Shown one piece after another: positions 54,914-64,000 of a DNA stretch of 64,000 bases. Where the stretch lies: IMG/VR virus record IMGVR_UViG_3300017766_005465, positions 54,538-118,537 of that record, one strand, 5' to 3'. The number at the start of each line of letters is the position of its first letter. The first letter of the stretch is position 1. The notes beneath the pieces were generated by a model that saw nothing but the letters and a program-made list of their open reading frames with translations, was not told where the DNA came from and searched no databases. Made by a program: the position numbers and the translations under genes. Origin of the DNA: a virus.

Positions 54914-55426
54914 TCAATCCCAGAAGGTATTTAGAGTGTCGATGCAGCGCGTAAGGGTGCTGAAGGGAACGAACCTTGTACCACCGCCCCTTCCCTCCTT
55001 TAGTTCGGATAGCATGGATAGGGCGGCTCTAGTGACAAAGTTGTCCTCGACATAGTCCCTGTAGACAAAGACGTTAAACTTCTCCAAGTACTCCAGGGTG
55101 TGGAACGGGTTGAGGGACAGACCGACGCGTTTCTTGTCTGATATATCGAACTCGGGGTCCGTGGAGTAGGATTCCAGTCGGCTAAGACTCGAACCCTCCA
55201 CCGGCTTAAAGTTGAGACGAGTGTTAAGGAAGTGGCTGTGGATCTGCTCCTTATCCTCGACCTCGTAGATGACGTTCTTCGACCACTCCTCGCATCTACC
55301 CTTGCAGGCGATGACGTCGAACTCTTCGGTTACTTTGAACACCAGGTTTACGTAGAGCCACCGGTTCTCGTTTTCCGGCTTTGACTCCCTGTAAGAGAGG
55401 TGGAGGATCTGCGGGTAATGTTCCAT
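54914..55426 (-). CDS. Hypothetical protein
   Basis: 170-aa ORF. Confidence 0.6.
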   Translation of the reverse strand: MEHYPQILHLSYRESKPENENRWLYVNLVFKVTEEFDVIACKGRCEEWSKNVIYEVEDKEQIHSHFLNTRLNFKPVEGSSLSRLESYSTDPEFDISDKKRVGLSLNPFHTLEYLEKFNVFVYRDYVEDNFVTRAALSMLSELKEGRGGGTRFVPFSTLTRCIDTLNTFWD

Positions 55427-55461
55427 GGTTCTATCCTACTCCATCAGGAGAACTTTATACT

Positions 55462-55488
55462 AAAAAACCCCGGTGTAGAGCCGGGGTT
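55462..55488 (-). terminator. Intrinsic terminator after psbA
   Basis: AACCCCGG-CTCTACA-CCGGGGTT followed by T4. Confidence 0.75.
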
Positions 55489-55510
55489 GAGTGGGTTATA
55501 GGGCTGATGA

Positions 55511-56590
55511 TTAGCCGATAGCCGGAGCCTTAAGCGCCACCGGAGTGGTCTCGGCGGCGGCCAGATCGAGGGGGAAGATGTGAGCGTTGCGCTCGTGCAT
55601 CACCTCGAAGCCAAGGCCCGCGCGGTTGAGGATGTCGGCCCAGGTATTGATCACGTGGCCATCTGAGGAGAGCAACGACTGGTTGAAGTTGAATCCGTTC
55701 AGATTAAACGCCATAGTGCTAACACCCAGAGCAGCAAACCAAATGCCAACAACCGGCCAAGCAGCAAGAAAGAAGTGAAGAGAACGACTGTTGTTAAAAC
55801 TAGCATACTGGAAGATCAGACGTCCGAAATAACCGTGAGCAGCTACAATGTTGTAGGTCTCTTCCTCCTGACCGAACTTGTATCCGTAGTTCTGCGACTC
55901 TGTCTCTGTCGTCTCGCGAACAAGACTAGAGGTGACGAGAGATCCGTGCATAGCAGAGAAAAGAGAACCACCGAAGACCCCAGCAACTCCCAACATGTGG
56001 AAAGGATGCATGAGAATGTTGTGTTCGGCTTGGAAAACAAGCATGTAGTTGAAAGTTCCCGAAATCCCCAGAGGCATCGCGTCAGAGAAGGATCCTTGAC
56101 CGAAGGGATAGACCAGAAAAACTGCGCTAGCAGCAGCAACGGGTGCGCTGTAGGCAACCATAATCCAAGGACGCATGCCCAGACGATAAGACAGTTCCCA
56201 TTCACGGCCCATGTAGGCATAGATTCCGATGAGGAAGTGGAAGACCACCAGTTGGAAAGGACCGCCATTGTACAGCCACTCGTCGAGGCTGGCAGCTTCC
56301 CAGATGGGGTAGAAGTGCAGGCCGATGGCATTGCTGGAGGGAACAACAGCACCTGAGATGATGTTGTTGCCATACATCAGCGACCCGGCGACTGGCTCAC
56401 GGATGCCGTCGATGTCGACGGGGGGAGCTGCGATGAAAGCAACGATGAAGCAGATTGCTGCTGCCAGGAGCGTGGGGATCATCAGGGTACCAAACCAACC
56501 AACATAAAGTCGGTTGTCGGTGGATGTGACCCACTGGCAGAACTGCTCCCATGTGTTACTCCGCTCGCGTTGGGCGATTGAAGCTACCAT
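55511..56590 (-). CDS. psbA: Photosystem II D1 protein (Glu130 form, no intron)
   Basis: Unambiguous D1 sequence ([32 protein letters not shown]); 359 aa from ATG 56590. Confidence 0.98.
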   Translation of the reverse strand: MVASIAQRERSNTWEQFCQWVTSTDNRLYVGWFGTLMIPTLLAAAICFIVAFIAAPPVDIDGIREPVAGSLMYGNNIISGAVVPSSNAIGLHFYPIWEAASLDEWLYNGGPFQLVVFHFLIGIYAYMGREWELSYRLGMRPWIMVAYSAPVAAASAVFLVYPFGQGSFSDAMPLGISGTFNYMLVFQAEHNILMHPFHMLGVAGVFGGSLFSAMHGSLVTSSLVRETTETESQNYGYKFGQEEETYNIVAAHGYFGRLIFQYASFNNSRSLHFFLAAWPVVGIWFAALGVSTMAFNLNGFNFNQSLLSSDGHVINTWADILNRAGLGFEVMHERNAHIFPLDLAAAETTPVALKAPAIG

Positions 56591-56709
56591 AGTAGTAATT
56601 CGGATGTTTGTATGAATGAGCGGGGGACTTGCCTCGCCCCCTACCACTATAGGATAGTTAGCGGAGACTTTAAACCCGACTCCATGAACCTTAACCTAAT
56701 GTTAGGAAG

Positions 56710-57984
56710 CTATGACAGAGCGCCGAGGAGCTTCGGAACCACCACGTCCGACGAGTAGTAAGCACGGACCAGCTCCACCGAATTTTTCCTCATGCGGTGG
56801 TATGAGGAGAAGTCGTTCCAGATCTCGTCGAGGTTCTTGGCCAGCTCGTCCGCACCTAGGACCTGAGGCCCTCCCTGGCTGAGGTGGCGGTTGTCGTCGT
56901 CGACGGACAGGAAGACTCCCGTCTGCGCGAGAGTCCCCCAACCGTCCGGGAGGACCACGGTGTCCAGGAAGTGGCGGTGGAAGATCGGGACGGAGAGCAG
57001 AGCGGCCTCCAGGCCCTGGTACTCGAAGTTGTTACCGTAATCGAGGTTGTTGTGCTCGAAGGAGCGTGGGTGGGTGGCGAAAGCGCTCTGGGAGATGCGC
57101 TGAAGTCCGCGCTTGTAGTCGTAGGAGCCGATCACGTACATCAGGTTGGGGTCTTGGCCCGCCCTATCGATGTGGTCGAAGAGCTCGTTGTTTATGCGGG
57201 CTGAGGAGAAAGCCGACGGGCCTTTGATAGGCTTGTAGAAGGTGCTATCGGTGAACCAGTTCAGCTTCCCCTCGTAGTTCTTGAGCTGGGAGTAGCCGGC
57301 GATGGCGCGCTCGAAGCCAATCATCTCCGTCACGAAGCCACGCCGGGCCAGAGCGCTGTGGAGGTTGAGGACGATGCTACCGCGCTTCCACGCCACGGCC
57401 CTGGCCGCGTTGATCAAGCGCTTCCGCCTCTCCTCGCCCCTATCCAGGTTGATGAGATGCTCCACGAAGGGGATGTGGAAGAACACGTCCATCTTCTTCA
57501 CCACCTTAGAGATATTTCTCTTCTCCAACCACGAGATAAACCCGGACTTTGTCTTTGTCAGGGAGTGGCACAGTAGTCCGTCACAGGCCTCGATGGCGTT
57601 GGCGTAGTCCGCGTTGCGATTTATGCTCAGGAAGTGGTGGTCGTGGTTGATCATCCACTTCGGCACCCGGATCGGCTCGATTATGTCCGAGACGTAGCTA
57701 TCAACAACCGCCGCGGGGGCGTTCTTGGCGGGAACGCTGAACACCAGTACCAGATCGTAGGAGTTATTGATCTTACTGACAAGTATAGGGGCCTCGGAGA
57801 GTGCGAATATCTTTACGTTTATGTCTGTTGAGGTATCTGGCCTTCCAACGTTGAGGTTTAGGGCAAAGATATCGCAGGTGGCCTGATTCTCGTCGAAAAA
57901 AGCTTTGAAGTGGCGGGCGTAGGTACTCACCCCACACCCCTCCACTCCACGGAGCATCAGTACGGCCGTTCTTGGCAATTTCAT
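56710..57984 (-). CDS. DNA alpha-glucosyltransferase-like glycosyltransferase (T4 AGT family)
   Basis: M.RGVEGCGV, SVPA, HDH..LS..RN, HS and EY..LE motifs as in T4 Agt. Confidence 0.8.
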   Translation of the reverse strand: MKLPRTAVLMLRGVEGCGVSTYARHFKAFFDENQATCDIFALNLNVGRPDTSTDINVKIFALSEAPILVSKINNSYDLVLVFSVPAKNAPAAVVDSYVSDIIEPIRVPKWMINHDHHFLSINRNADYANAIEACDGLLCHSLTKTKSGFISWLEKRNISKVVKKMDVFFHIPFVEHLINLDRGEERRKRLINAARAVAWKRGSIVLNLHSALARRGFVTEMIGFERAIAGYSQLKNYEGKLNWFTDSTFYKPIKGPSAFSSARINNELFDHIDRAGQDPNLMYVIGSYDYKRGLQRISQSAFATHPRSFEHNNLDYGNNFEYQGLEAALLSVPIFHRHFLDTVVLPDGWGTLAQTGVFLSVDDDNRHLSQGGPQVLGADELAKNLDEIWNDFSSYHRMRKNSVELVRAYYSSDVVVPKLLGALS

Positions 57985-58018
57985 CCGGTATGTTAGCGTA
58001 CGCTATGCTTTAAACCGC

Positions 58019-59938
58019 TTAGATAGCGGTTATATTATCCATCCACTCCTTCAGAGCCACCTCCAGGTCCTTGATGCGGTCCTTCTCGTGGCCTTCGATG
58101 AACTTATTCCAGCAGTACTGCCCTCTTTTAGGCAATCCACGCTTAATAGCGGCGGATTTGATCTCCTCTAGCTTGGTTTTGCGTTCCGCTCGGCCAGCGC
58201 GGGTGTTAAGTGACCGGTCATGCTTCCAATCCCCGACAAAAACCTCCCATTTTGCCTTTAGGTCAGTCGATCCGGCATTATCGCCAAGGAATTTTGACAC
58301 CTCGGTCCTCTTCATGCCGATTTTCTTCCCTTCCTCCTTGATTCGGTCCTTCGCCGAGGGCAATTTGACCCTGCGGGTACCACTCTTGGTGGTGGTTTTG
58401 GCTTTCTCGGCGCCGATAGAGGCCTTCTCCACGATCTGAGTGCGGCGTTTGTCGGCGAACTCCTTCATCAGCTCGATCTGGGAGATGATATGCGAGCTCA
58501 TCTGGGCCTGATCCTCGATAATCCCGATGAGGAGGGCCATCTGCGTCTCCAGGTCGGTCTTCTGGGACTGCAATTCGAGCTTTTCCGCGCTCACCAGCCG
58601 GCTGAGTGGCATCGCGAGCACCGCGGAGGTCTGAGCATCGCTCAACTTCCAGCGTTTTTTAAGGCCCTCGGCGGCTTTCTCCTTGGTCTTGGAGGAGCGG
58701 ATCAGCTTCACCACCTCGTCGATGTCCGCCAGGATGGTCAGAAGGCCCTCTAGGATGTGGATCTTGTCCTTGAGCCGCTCGCACTCGGCCCTGTAGCGGT
58801 TGCGTAGGGCCTCGCACCGGGCCACGTACCACTCGGCGATGATGTCCTTGACCCCCATAACGGTGGGGAGGCCCCCGGAGATCGCCGTGGCGTTCACACC
58901 GATGGTATCGTAGAGGTTGGTGAAGGCCAGCAACTGCCCCACCACCTCCTGTGGGTCGGCGCCCGTCTTCAGGATGACTTGGATTTCAATACCGTCGCGG
59001 GATGAGTGGTCCTGGGCATCAATGACACCCACGATTCGTTCGCTTTCGACTCCTTCCTTGAGCCGCTCGAGGAAGCGTTCGGAACTTCCCGAAGCCAGAG
59101 AGGTAATAGTAATAGCATCGCGGGTCGATCGTTTTCCGTGCGGGACCTTTCTGAACTCCCATGTTCCGTAGACTTTCAACGATCCGGAGCCTTTCTCAAA
59201 GGCTTGGAAGATCGCGTCGTCGTTGAGGATCCTGGCGCCGTTGGCGAGGTCGGGGCCTTTGATGAACGAGAAGAGTTTTTTGGTCGTGATGCTTGGGTTC
59301 TTTACGTACTCCGCGGTTCCCTTCACCACCTCTGTGAGGTTGTAGGGGATGTGGTGGCAAGCGTAGCCGGCCGCGATGCCCTGAGCTCCGTTGATGAGCA
59401 GGCTGGGGATCGCTGGGACGATCTCAACCACCTCCTGTGTAGAGCCGTCGTAATTATCCCTCCACTGGCACGAGTGGTGATCGATCTCGTTCACCAGCAT
59501 GCTCTGAGTCAGCGCTGTGGACTTGACCTCGAGGTACCTGGCGGCGGCGGGTGCGTCCTCCGACGTAGACTGGCCAACGCTCGGGCCAGACTGGATGCTC
59601 CCTCCCACATTCCCGTGGATATCGGTGAGGGGGTAGCGGAAGGCCGTAGCCTGGCCCATATTGATCGCCGTGCCGGCACATCCACCCTGAGGGTGGTAGG
59701 AGCCGAGAACGTGCCCCTCCAACCTTGATACCTTCTTATACTGACCCTCGGGGCGCAGGTGCAGATCCTTGAGGCCTAGGACGATGCGGCGCTGAGCGGA
59801 CTTCAGACCATCGACGGCGCTGGGCAGCGCTCTGTTGAAGATAGCGACCGAGTACGAGAGGTAGCTAGTTGTTAGTTCCCTGGTGAGGGAGACCGGGAGG
59901 GCCTCTGTGGGGTCCTTCTGTGGAGCTTTTACCGGCAC
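58019..59938 (-). CDS. Type IIA topoisomerase subunit A (GyrA/ParC-like) lacking the beta-pinwheel CTD
   Basis: RALP...DGLK..QRR, YHP.G, AA.RY catalytic Tyr, NYDG, LL.NG..GIA.G and GPD motifs. Confidence 0.92.
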   Translation of the reverse strand: MPVKAPQKDPTEALPVSLTRELTTSYLSYSVAIFNRALPSAVDGLKSAQRRIVLGLKDLHLRPEGQYKKVSRLEGHVLGSYHPQGGCAGTAINMGQATAFRYPLTDIHGNVGGSIQSGPSVGQSTSEDAPAAARYLEVKSTALTQSMLVNEIDHHSCQWRDNYDGSTQEVVEIVPAIPSLLINGAQGIAAGYACHHIPYNLTEVVKGTAEYVKNPSITTKKLFSFIKGPDLANGARILNDDAIFQAFEKGSGSLKVYGTWEFRKVPHGKRSTRDAITITSLASGSSERFLERLKEGVESERIVGVIDAQDHSSRDGIEIQVILKTGADPQEVVGQLLAFTNLYDTIGVNATAISGGLPTVMGVKDIIAEWYVARCEALRNRYRAECERLKDKIHILEGLLTILADIDEVVKLIRSSKTKEKAAEGLKKRWKLSDAQTSAVLAMPLSRLVSAEKLELQSQKTDLETQMALLIGIIEDQAQMSSHIISQIELMKEFADKRRTQIVEKASIGAEKAKTTTKSGTRRVKLPSAKDRIKEEGKKIGMKRTEVSKFLGDNAGSTDLKAKWEVFVGDWKHDRSLNTRAGRAERKTKLEEIKSAAIKRGLPKRGQYCWNKFIEGHEKDRIKDLEVALKEWMDNITAI

Positions 59939-59969
59939 AACGGGGCAGCCTCTTACTATATGTGTACCA

Positions 59970-59999
59970 ATCCTACCACAGCCTCCCCCTAGCTGTCAA
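59970..59999 (-). promoter_or_regulatory. Sigma70-type promoter upstream of the topoisomerase
   Basis: TTGACA-18 nt-TAGGAT with extended TG. Confidence 0.55.
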
Positions 60000-60336
60000 G
60001 GGATTTAACATTTCGTGATAGTAGGAAGTACCCGACCTCCGGATTGTAGTACTCGAGGTAGGTCTCCTGCCCATCGAGGAGGTAGTTGTTGTAGTAGTCC
60101 TTGGCGATGTCGATCTGCTCGTGGTCATCCTGCATCTCCACGGGATAGACGGACTTGAGGCACAGGGTGTCGCCACTCACGATCGAGTACACCTCGATGA
60201 CCTGGCCTAGGACCGGGTGTTCGAAGTTGACGTTGTAGGTATCCCTGTCGACCCTCAGCACCTTATTGACGATGTCGTCGCGCTTCAGAAAGTCCACGTC
60301 CACGTAAACCTCGGGCCACTGCCTTTCTTTTTTCAT
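59989..60336 (-). CDS. Hypothetical protein
   Basis: 115-aa ORF. Confidence 0.6.
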   Translation of the reverse strand: MKKERQWPEVYVDVDFLKRDDIVNKVLRVDRDTYNVNFEHPVLGQVIEVYSIVSGDTLCLKSVYPVEMQDDHEQIDIAKDYYNNYLLDGQETYLEYYNPEVGYFLLSRNVKSLDS

Positions 60337-60401
60337 ATTCGCGGGTTAAAGTAGACTATGGTGTATAATACCATAAACCGTTTGCTCGCAACAGATTTCC
60401 A

Positions 60402-60668
60402 GTGCTTTCCCTAAAAGACTCCAATCAGAAACCGATCAAGTACAGGACCATCCGCATTCGCGAGGAGGTCGCCCAGCAACTCGATGAGTGGAGGGACCTA
60501 TTCGAGGACGCCTCCATGTCCGAGGTGATGTGGAGGGTGTTCGCCCTGGCGCGCAGGGAGCTGAAGAGGGTGAGGGATAAGAAACGCAAGGCGAGGGAGA
60601 GATTCGTTACAGAACGCAAACCGGCCGAGAAGCTGGTTGACCTAGTGGACAAGGATGTGGTAGAATAA
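60402..60668 (+). CDS. Possible ribbon-helix-helix DNA-binding protein
   Basis: YRTIRI strand followed by two helices (S.SEV..R). Confidence 0.5.
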   Translation: MLSLKDSNQKPIKYRTIRIREEVAQQLDEWRDLFEDASMSEVMWRVFALARRELKRVRDKKRKARERFVTERKPAEKLVDLVDKDVVE

Positions 60669-60689
60669 GGGCAGAATCAGCCTAATACA

Positions 60690-60914
60690 ATGGCCCAACA
60701 GACAAAGAACTTCTTCCGCAACAGGTCCTGGGTGGAGTACCAGGGGGACGTGTACCGCCAGCAGGAACGGACCGGGTACTGTGGAGTCTGTGGTAAGAAG
60801 ACGAACTACAAGTCCGTGTTCGCGGTGGAGTACTGCTGCAGCGAGGAGTGCTCGAGGGAGTTGTGGTACAGCATCTTCCTCAAGCTGATGACGGACCGTA
60901 AGCGGAGCCGGTGA
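60690..60914 (+). CDS. Small zinc-finger protein
   Basis: CGVC...CCSEEC. Confidence 0.6.
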   Translation: MAQQTKNFFRNRSWVEYQGDVYRQQERTGYCGVCGKKTNYKSVFAVEYCCSEECSRELWYSIFLKLMTDRKRSR

Positions 60915-60915
60915 T

Positions 60916-62193
60916 ATGAAAACTAACTCGGTAACAGCGGATATGGCAGCGGCGTTGGATCCAGAGACCCCGGAGAAGAAACTGCTCGAGATCTGGAATA
61001 AATCCAAGTCGGTGAGGGTTCGGAAGGCTGTAGCATCCAACCCCAACGCCTCGCCGCTGGTGCTTACCGAGGGATCCAGACTGTACCTGAAGGAGGTCCT
61101 GGAAAACCCGGGATTCGCTCTGCTCGAGATTTTTTCCGACGATCCGGACATCAGGGAACTCTCCGAAGCTTTCAATGACCCGATGAAGTGGGTGGTTACT
61201 GCCGGAGGTGGGGCTTACACGTTCAGGCCCAGAAGCCATGCGAAAGCCCTGGCCTGGGACCGGGTGAGGTGGGCGGTTCTTCTTAGCCCCCACTTAGGGT
61301 GGGTGGGTTTGAACGCTGTCCTAGATACGATAAGACTGGAGACTTTCAGGAGAGCTATGAAGTGCGAGGAGACTAGGAAGAAGGTCAGATCCATTTTCCT
61401 AGAGGCAATAGTGGTAGGCCAAGCATCTCCGGACAAGATCATGCTCATGAATAAGGAGCTAATGATCACCACCGAGGAAGCTCTGAGAGGGTTTAAGTGC
61501 CACGCGGTGGTTAGTTCCTACTCCAGCCCTCGCGCGTTGCTAAGTTCCTACTCCAAAGTGCTTCATAAAACCTACAGAGATGACAAGGAGCAGAGAGATG
61601 CTGTAGTTGAGACGCTGTTCTACTTGTGTCTCATGCAAAGACCCTACAGCATGCGGCACCTGCTACCGAGAAGCTTTTATCATCTGGACGATGGCGTGGA
61701 GAATCTGTACATCTCCCTACTCAAAATGGTAAGGGAGAAAGCCTCGATGGATAAGTCTAAGTCAGTTCTTAAAAAGAAGCTGGAGAAGATCTGTAAGCAC
61801 TTAGAAGACGCGTTTGGCGAGACCGCTACAAACAAGTATCTTTTCAAAACAAAAGGTGAGGTAACCAAAGAGGATATTCAAAACTTATACAACTACGTTC
61901 AGCGTTCTGGCCTAAACTCGCAAAACTCGCGGACCGGCCTCGTCCGCCACTTTAACGATTTACTCAGGCCTCACACCAAGGCGTTAGGGGAGTGCAGTAT
62001 GGAGATCAAGGAGTGGGCGTGTAAGAATAAGCTTTTAGGGTGGGTGGTCTCACGTGCTCCTTACCACGAGGAAATAGTGAAGATCCTAGACGAAGTCAAC
62101 TACGCCATCTACCAGCGAGATGGGGAAGTAAACCGTGACAACCTTCTCTTCGTCTCTGAGGAGATACCCGGGGGCATCATCCGGCTTCACTGA
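60916..62193 (+). CDS. Protein with N-terminal leucine-rich-repeat-variant (LRV)-like motif
   Basis: VRKAVASNPNASP..L and V.ENP motifs. Confidence 0.6.
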   Translation: MKTNSVTADMAAALDPETPEKKLLEIWNKSKSVRVRKAVASNPNASPLVLTEGSRLYLKEVLENPGFALLEIFSDDPDIRELSEAFNDPMKWVVTAGGGAYTFRPRSHAKALAWDRVRWAVLLSPHLGWVGLNAVLDTIRLETFRRAMKCEETRKKVRSIFLEAIVVGQASPDKIMLMNKELMITTEEALRGFKCHAVVSSYSSPRALLSSYSKVLHKTYRDDKEQRDAVVETLFYLCLMQRPYSMRHLLPRSFYHLDDGVENLYISLLKMVREKASMDKSKSVLKKKLEKICKHLEDAFGETATNKYLFKTKGEVTKEDIQNLYNYVQRSGLNSQNSRTGLVRHFNDLLRPHTKALGECSMEIKEWACKNKLLGWVVSRAPYHEEIVKILDEVNYAIYQRDGEVNRDNLLFVSEEIPGGIIRLH

Positions 62194-63274
62194 CTACAAA
62201 CTTAACAACAAAGCTCTCCAGCTGCTCGTCGTAGCAGCCGGCCTGGAGCGAGTACAGTCTCTCCGTATCCGAACCGTCCTCATCGCTCCAGCGCACAAAA
62301 GCTGGGAGGATGGACTTGGATACGGTTTTTTTGATGGCTGAGATGGCCTGCTCCACCGTGCTTAAACCCTTCGTTTTAAACCTGTTTTCTATGTCCGTTA
62401 TATCCTCTACAGGTAGGTGGTAAAAAGCGGCCAAAGTGAGGTTTTTAACGTCGAATATCCCCTGTTGCGGGGATTCGGACGCGGAGAGTTTCTCACCGTA
62501 GAGTTTGACGGCTCGTTGGTAGCAGTTGAACACAGAGAGGGTCTTGCGCTCCGGCAGGAGCGCGCCTAATTCCCGCTCGAGTAACATAAGCGCGCCGGCC
62601 ACCGCCCCCGCTCCCACTCTGGCTATGTAGGCTTTGTCGAGAACCTGCTCCATCGCCATCCCCTCCACCTCGCAGAACTGATTCTCCCACTCCTCCAGCA
62701 CCTCAAGTTGCTTGGAGGCCTTACTCGGTACTCTGTTATTCTGATTCCACTTAAACCCGTTCTGCTGAGCGAACTCTAGTCTGTTGGTAAAATCGCTTGG
62801 TAGTTTTGTAGTATCCAGCTTAGTAACTTCACTACCAACTCTGGACTGGGAGCCCATAACCCCCTCGACCAGCGACTTAACAGCGTAGGGGGCATAGGCA
62901 TTACCACGGAGCGCTTTGGCCACCTTCACGATCTGCTCTATCCTCCCCCTGCTCAACCTCACCTCCGTGATCTCAGCTCTCAATTCCTGGATCTCGAGTT
63001 GGGCCCTCAGGTACATAGATTCCATGCGACTCTCCGCCGCCACCTGGTCCCTTCTCAGGTCGCGGATATCCAGCTCCAGTAGGGTGACTCTCTGTATAAA
63101 AGCACCCATGGCTAGCCTTAGCCCCTCGAAGTAGCGCCGCAGCTCCAGCTCGGTAAGCTGCCTCTGGTCCAGCTCCAGCAGGGTTCTACCCAGCCTCTCC
63201 CTAGACTCAGGAGAGGTTATGTCACCCAGGGCGTAGCTGTCCCGCAGTAGTACTATCTCCGAGTTCTTAGCCAT
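62177..63274 (-). CDS. Hypothetical coiled-coil protein
   Basis: Start MAKNSE at 63274, 21 nt after GTTTAAAG (63296-63303). Confidence 0.65.
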   Translation of the reverse strand: MAKNSEIVLLRDSYALGDITSPESRERLGRTLLELDQRQLTELELRRYFEGLRLAMGAFIQRVTLLELDIRDLRRDQVAAESRMESMYLRAQLEIQELRAEITEVRLSRGRIEQIVKVAKALRGNAYAPYAVKSLVEGVMGSQSRVGSEVTKLDTTKLPSDFTNRLEFAQQNGFKWNQNNRVPSKASKQLEVLEEWENQFCEVEGMAMEQVLDKAYIARVGAGAVAGALMLLERELGALLPERKTLSVFNCYQRAVKLYGEKLSASESPQQGIFDVKNLTLAAFYHLPVEDITDIENRFKTKGLSTVEQAISAIKKTVSKSILPAFVRWSDEDGSDTERLYSLQAGCYDEQLESFVVKFVVSEAG

Positions 63275-63374
63275 GTGGTTTAGCCGTTCAGTAAGCTTTA
63301 AACTGTGGACATAAAAACACGATTTGTCCACCTCACCGAGTACCATTTGCGGCCCGATTCCAAACCCGAATAGC

Positions 63375-63910
63375 CCCCCACCCCCCCTTCACAAAAATAG
63401 CTAAAAAGAATGTGAAGAGGGGGGGTCCCCCCGCGCACCGGAATGCGCGCAGCGCCGATTTCACGCGAGTTGGAGCCAGACGCCGCAATGGCCGCCCCCA
63501 CGCACCGGGACGTTTTTGGCCCTATCATACCCCCCTCACATCGTAAAAAGGGACCCCCCTTCACATTTTTAGCCGCATTTTTGCACTGTTTTTGGGCCAA
63601 AAAATGTGAGGGGGGGTCTGTGGGCCGCATCGCGGGGCCAAAAGCTGTGACAATCCGCTGTGACAATAACCCCCCAAAAATGTGTCAATATTGTGACAAT
63701 GCCGTGGCCACTTCACGAGGTGGTTTTGGGTGCCACGAAGTGGCTACCCGCCCATTGACAGGCCGCGCTTCCCATGATATGATTGTCACAGTTCAGCAGT
63801 CATCGTTTAAAGACATGAAGATCTACAATTAACCCCAACTAGTTTAGCACAGCGTTATCACATTTGCCACTACGCTGTGTAACCCCCACCCCCGAACTGT
63901 GACAATCGAC
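63375..63910. repeat. Non-coding region with direct and inverted repeats
   Basis: Five C-run-T(T)CACA copies in both orientations; TGTGACAAT at 63646, 63659, 63692 and 63898, inverted at 63782. Confidence 0.7.
63755..63783 (+). promoter_or_regulatory. Sigma70-type promoter
   Basis: TTGACA-17 nt-TATGAT with extended TG. Confidence 0.7.
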
Positions 63911-64000
63911 GCCCCTCCCGCGTATGCCCCGCGTACGTTCGTAGAGCGCGCTGTGCCCGCCGGCCCGCCACGACCCCGGTGGCCGGACCTCGACGCGTGG

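Noticed and set aside
55511-56590. Group I intron or homing endonuclease in psbA
   Set aside because: The reading frame is continuous and of normal D1 length.

Overview
This is a 64 kb segment of a large tailed cyanophage (contractile-tailed myovirus, not T4-like), not a cellular genome. It has no rRNA and no CRISPR array. 1-37.6 kb is mostly virion genes: tail spike and fibre proteins, tail tube, DUF935 portal, a large decorated tail sheath, and a Mu-like head module (protease-scaffold, decoration, major capsid, gp36- and gp37-like proteins). 37.6-63 kb carries a mitochondrial Pol-gamma-like family A DNA polymerase, a GyrA/ParC subunit, a T4-AGT-like glycosyltransferase and a degenerate Dam-like gene. 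It also carries host-type genes: psbA, two hli, an SLH porin, a minimal CP12, a PebA-like bilin reductase, Dps, GlcG/HbpS, SpeD, RlpA, a kinase and a phosphatase. A minus-strand array holds 20 tRNAs plus one tRNA-like gene. From recall, this combination resembles Synechococcus phage S-CBWM1; no search was run to confirm that. The most novel-looking signal lies in the tRNA array: a ~725-nt ORF-free spacer (46147-46872) that folds by eye into a multi-domain RNA with tandem pseudoknots and long-range helices. Several smaller structured spacers accompany it, including armless anticodon-stem mimics. Also notable are a phage-specific GTTTAAAG motif ahead of many genes (including a nested scaffold start), a D1 N338I substitution, a gene broken across three frames, and a repeat-rich non-coding end region. 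All calls were made by eye from the sequence and the ORF track.
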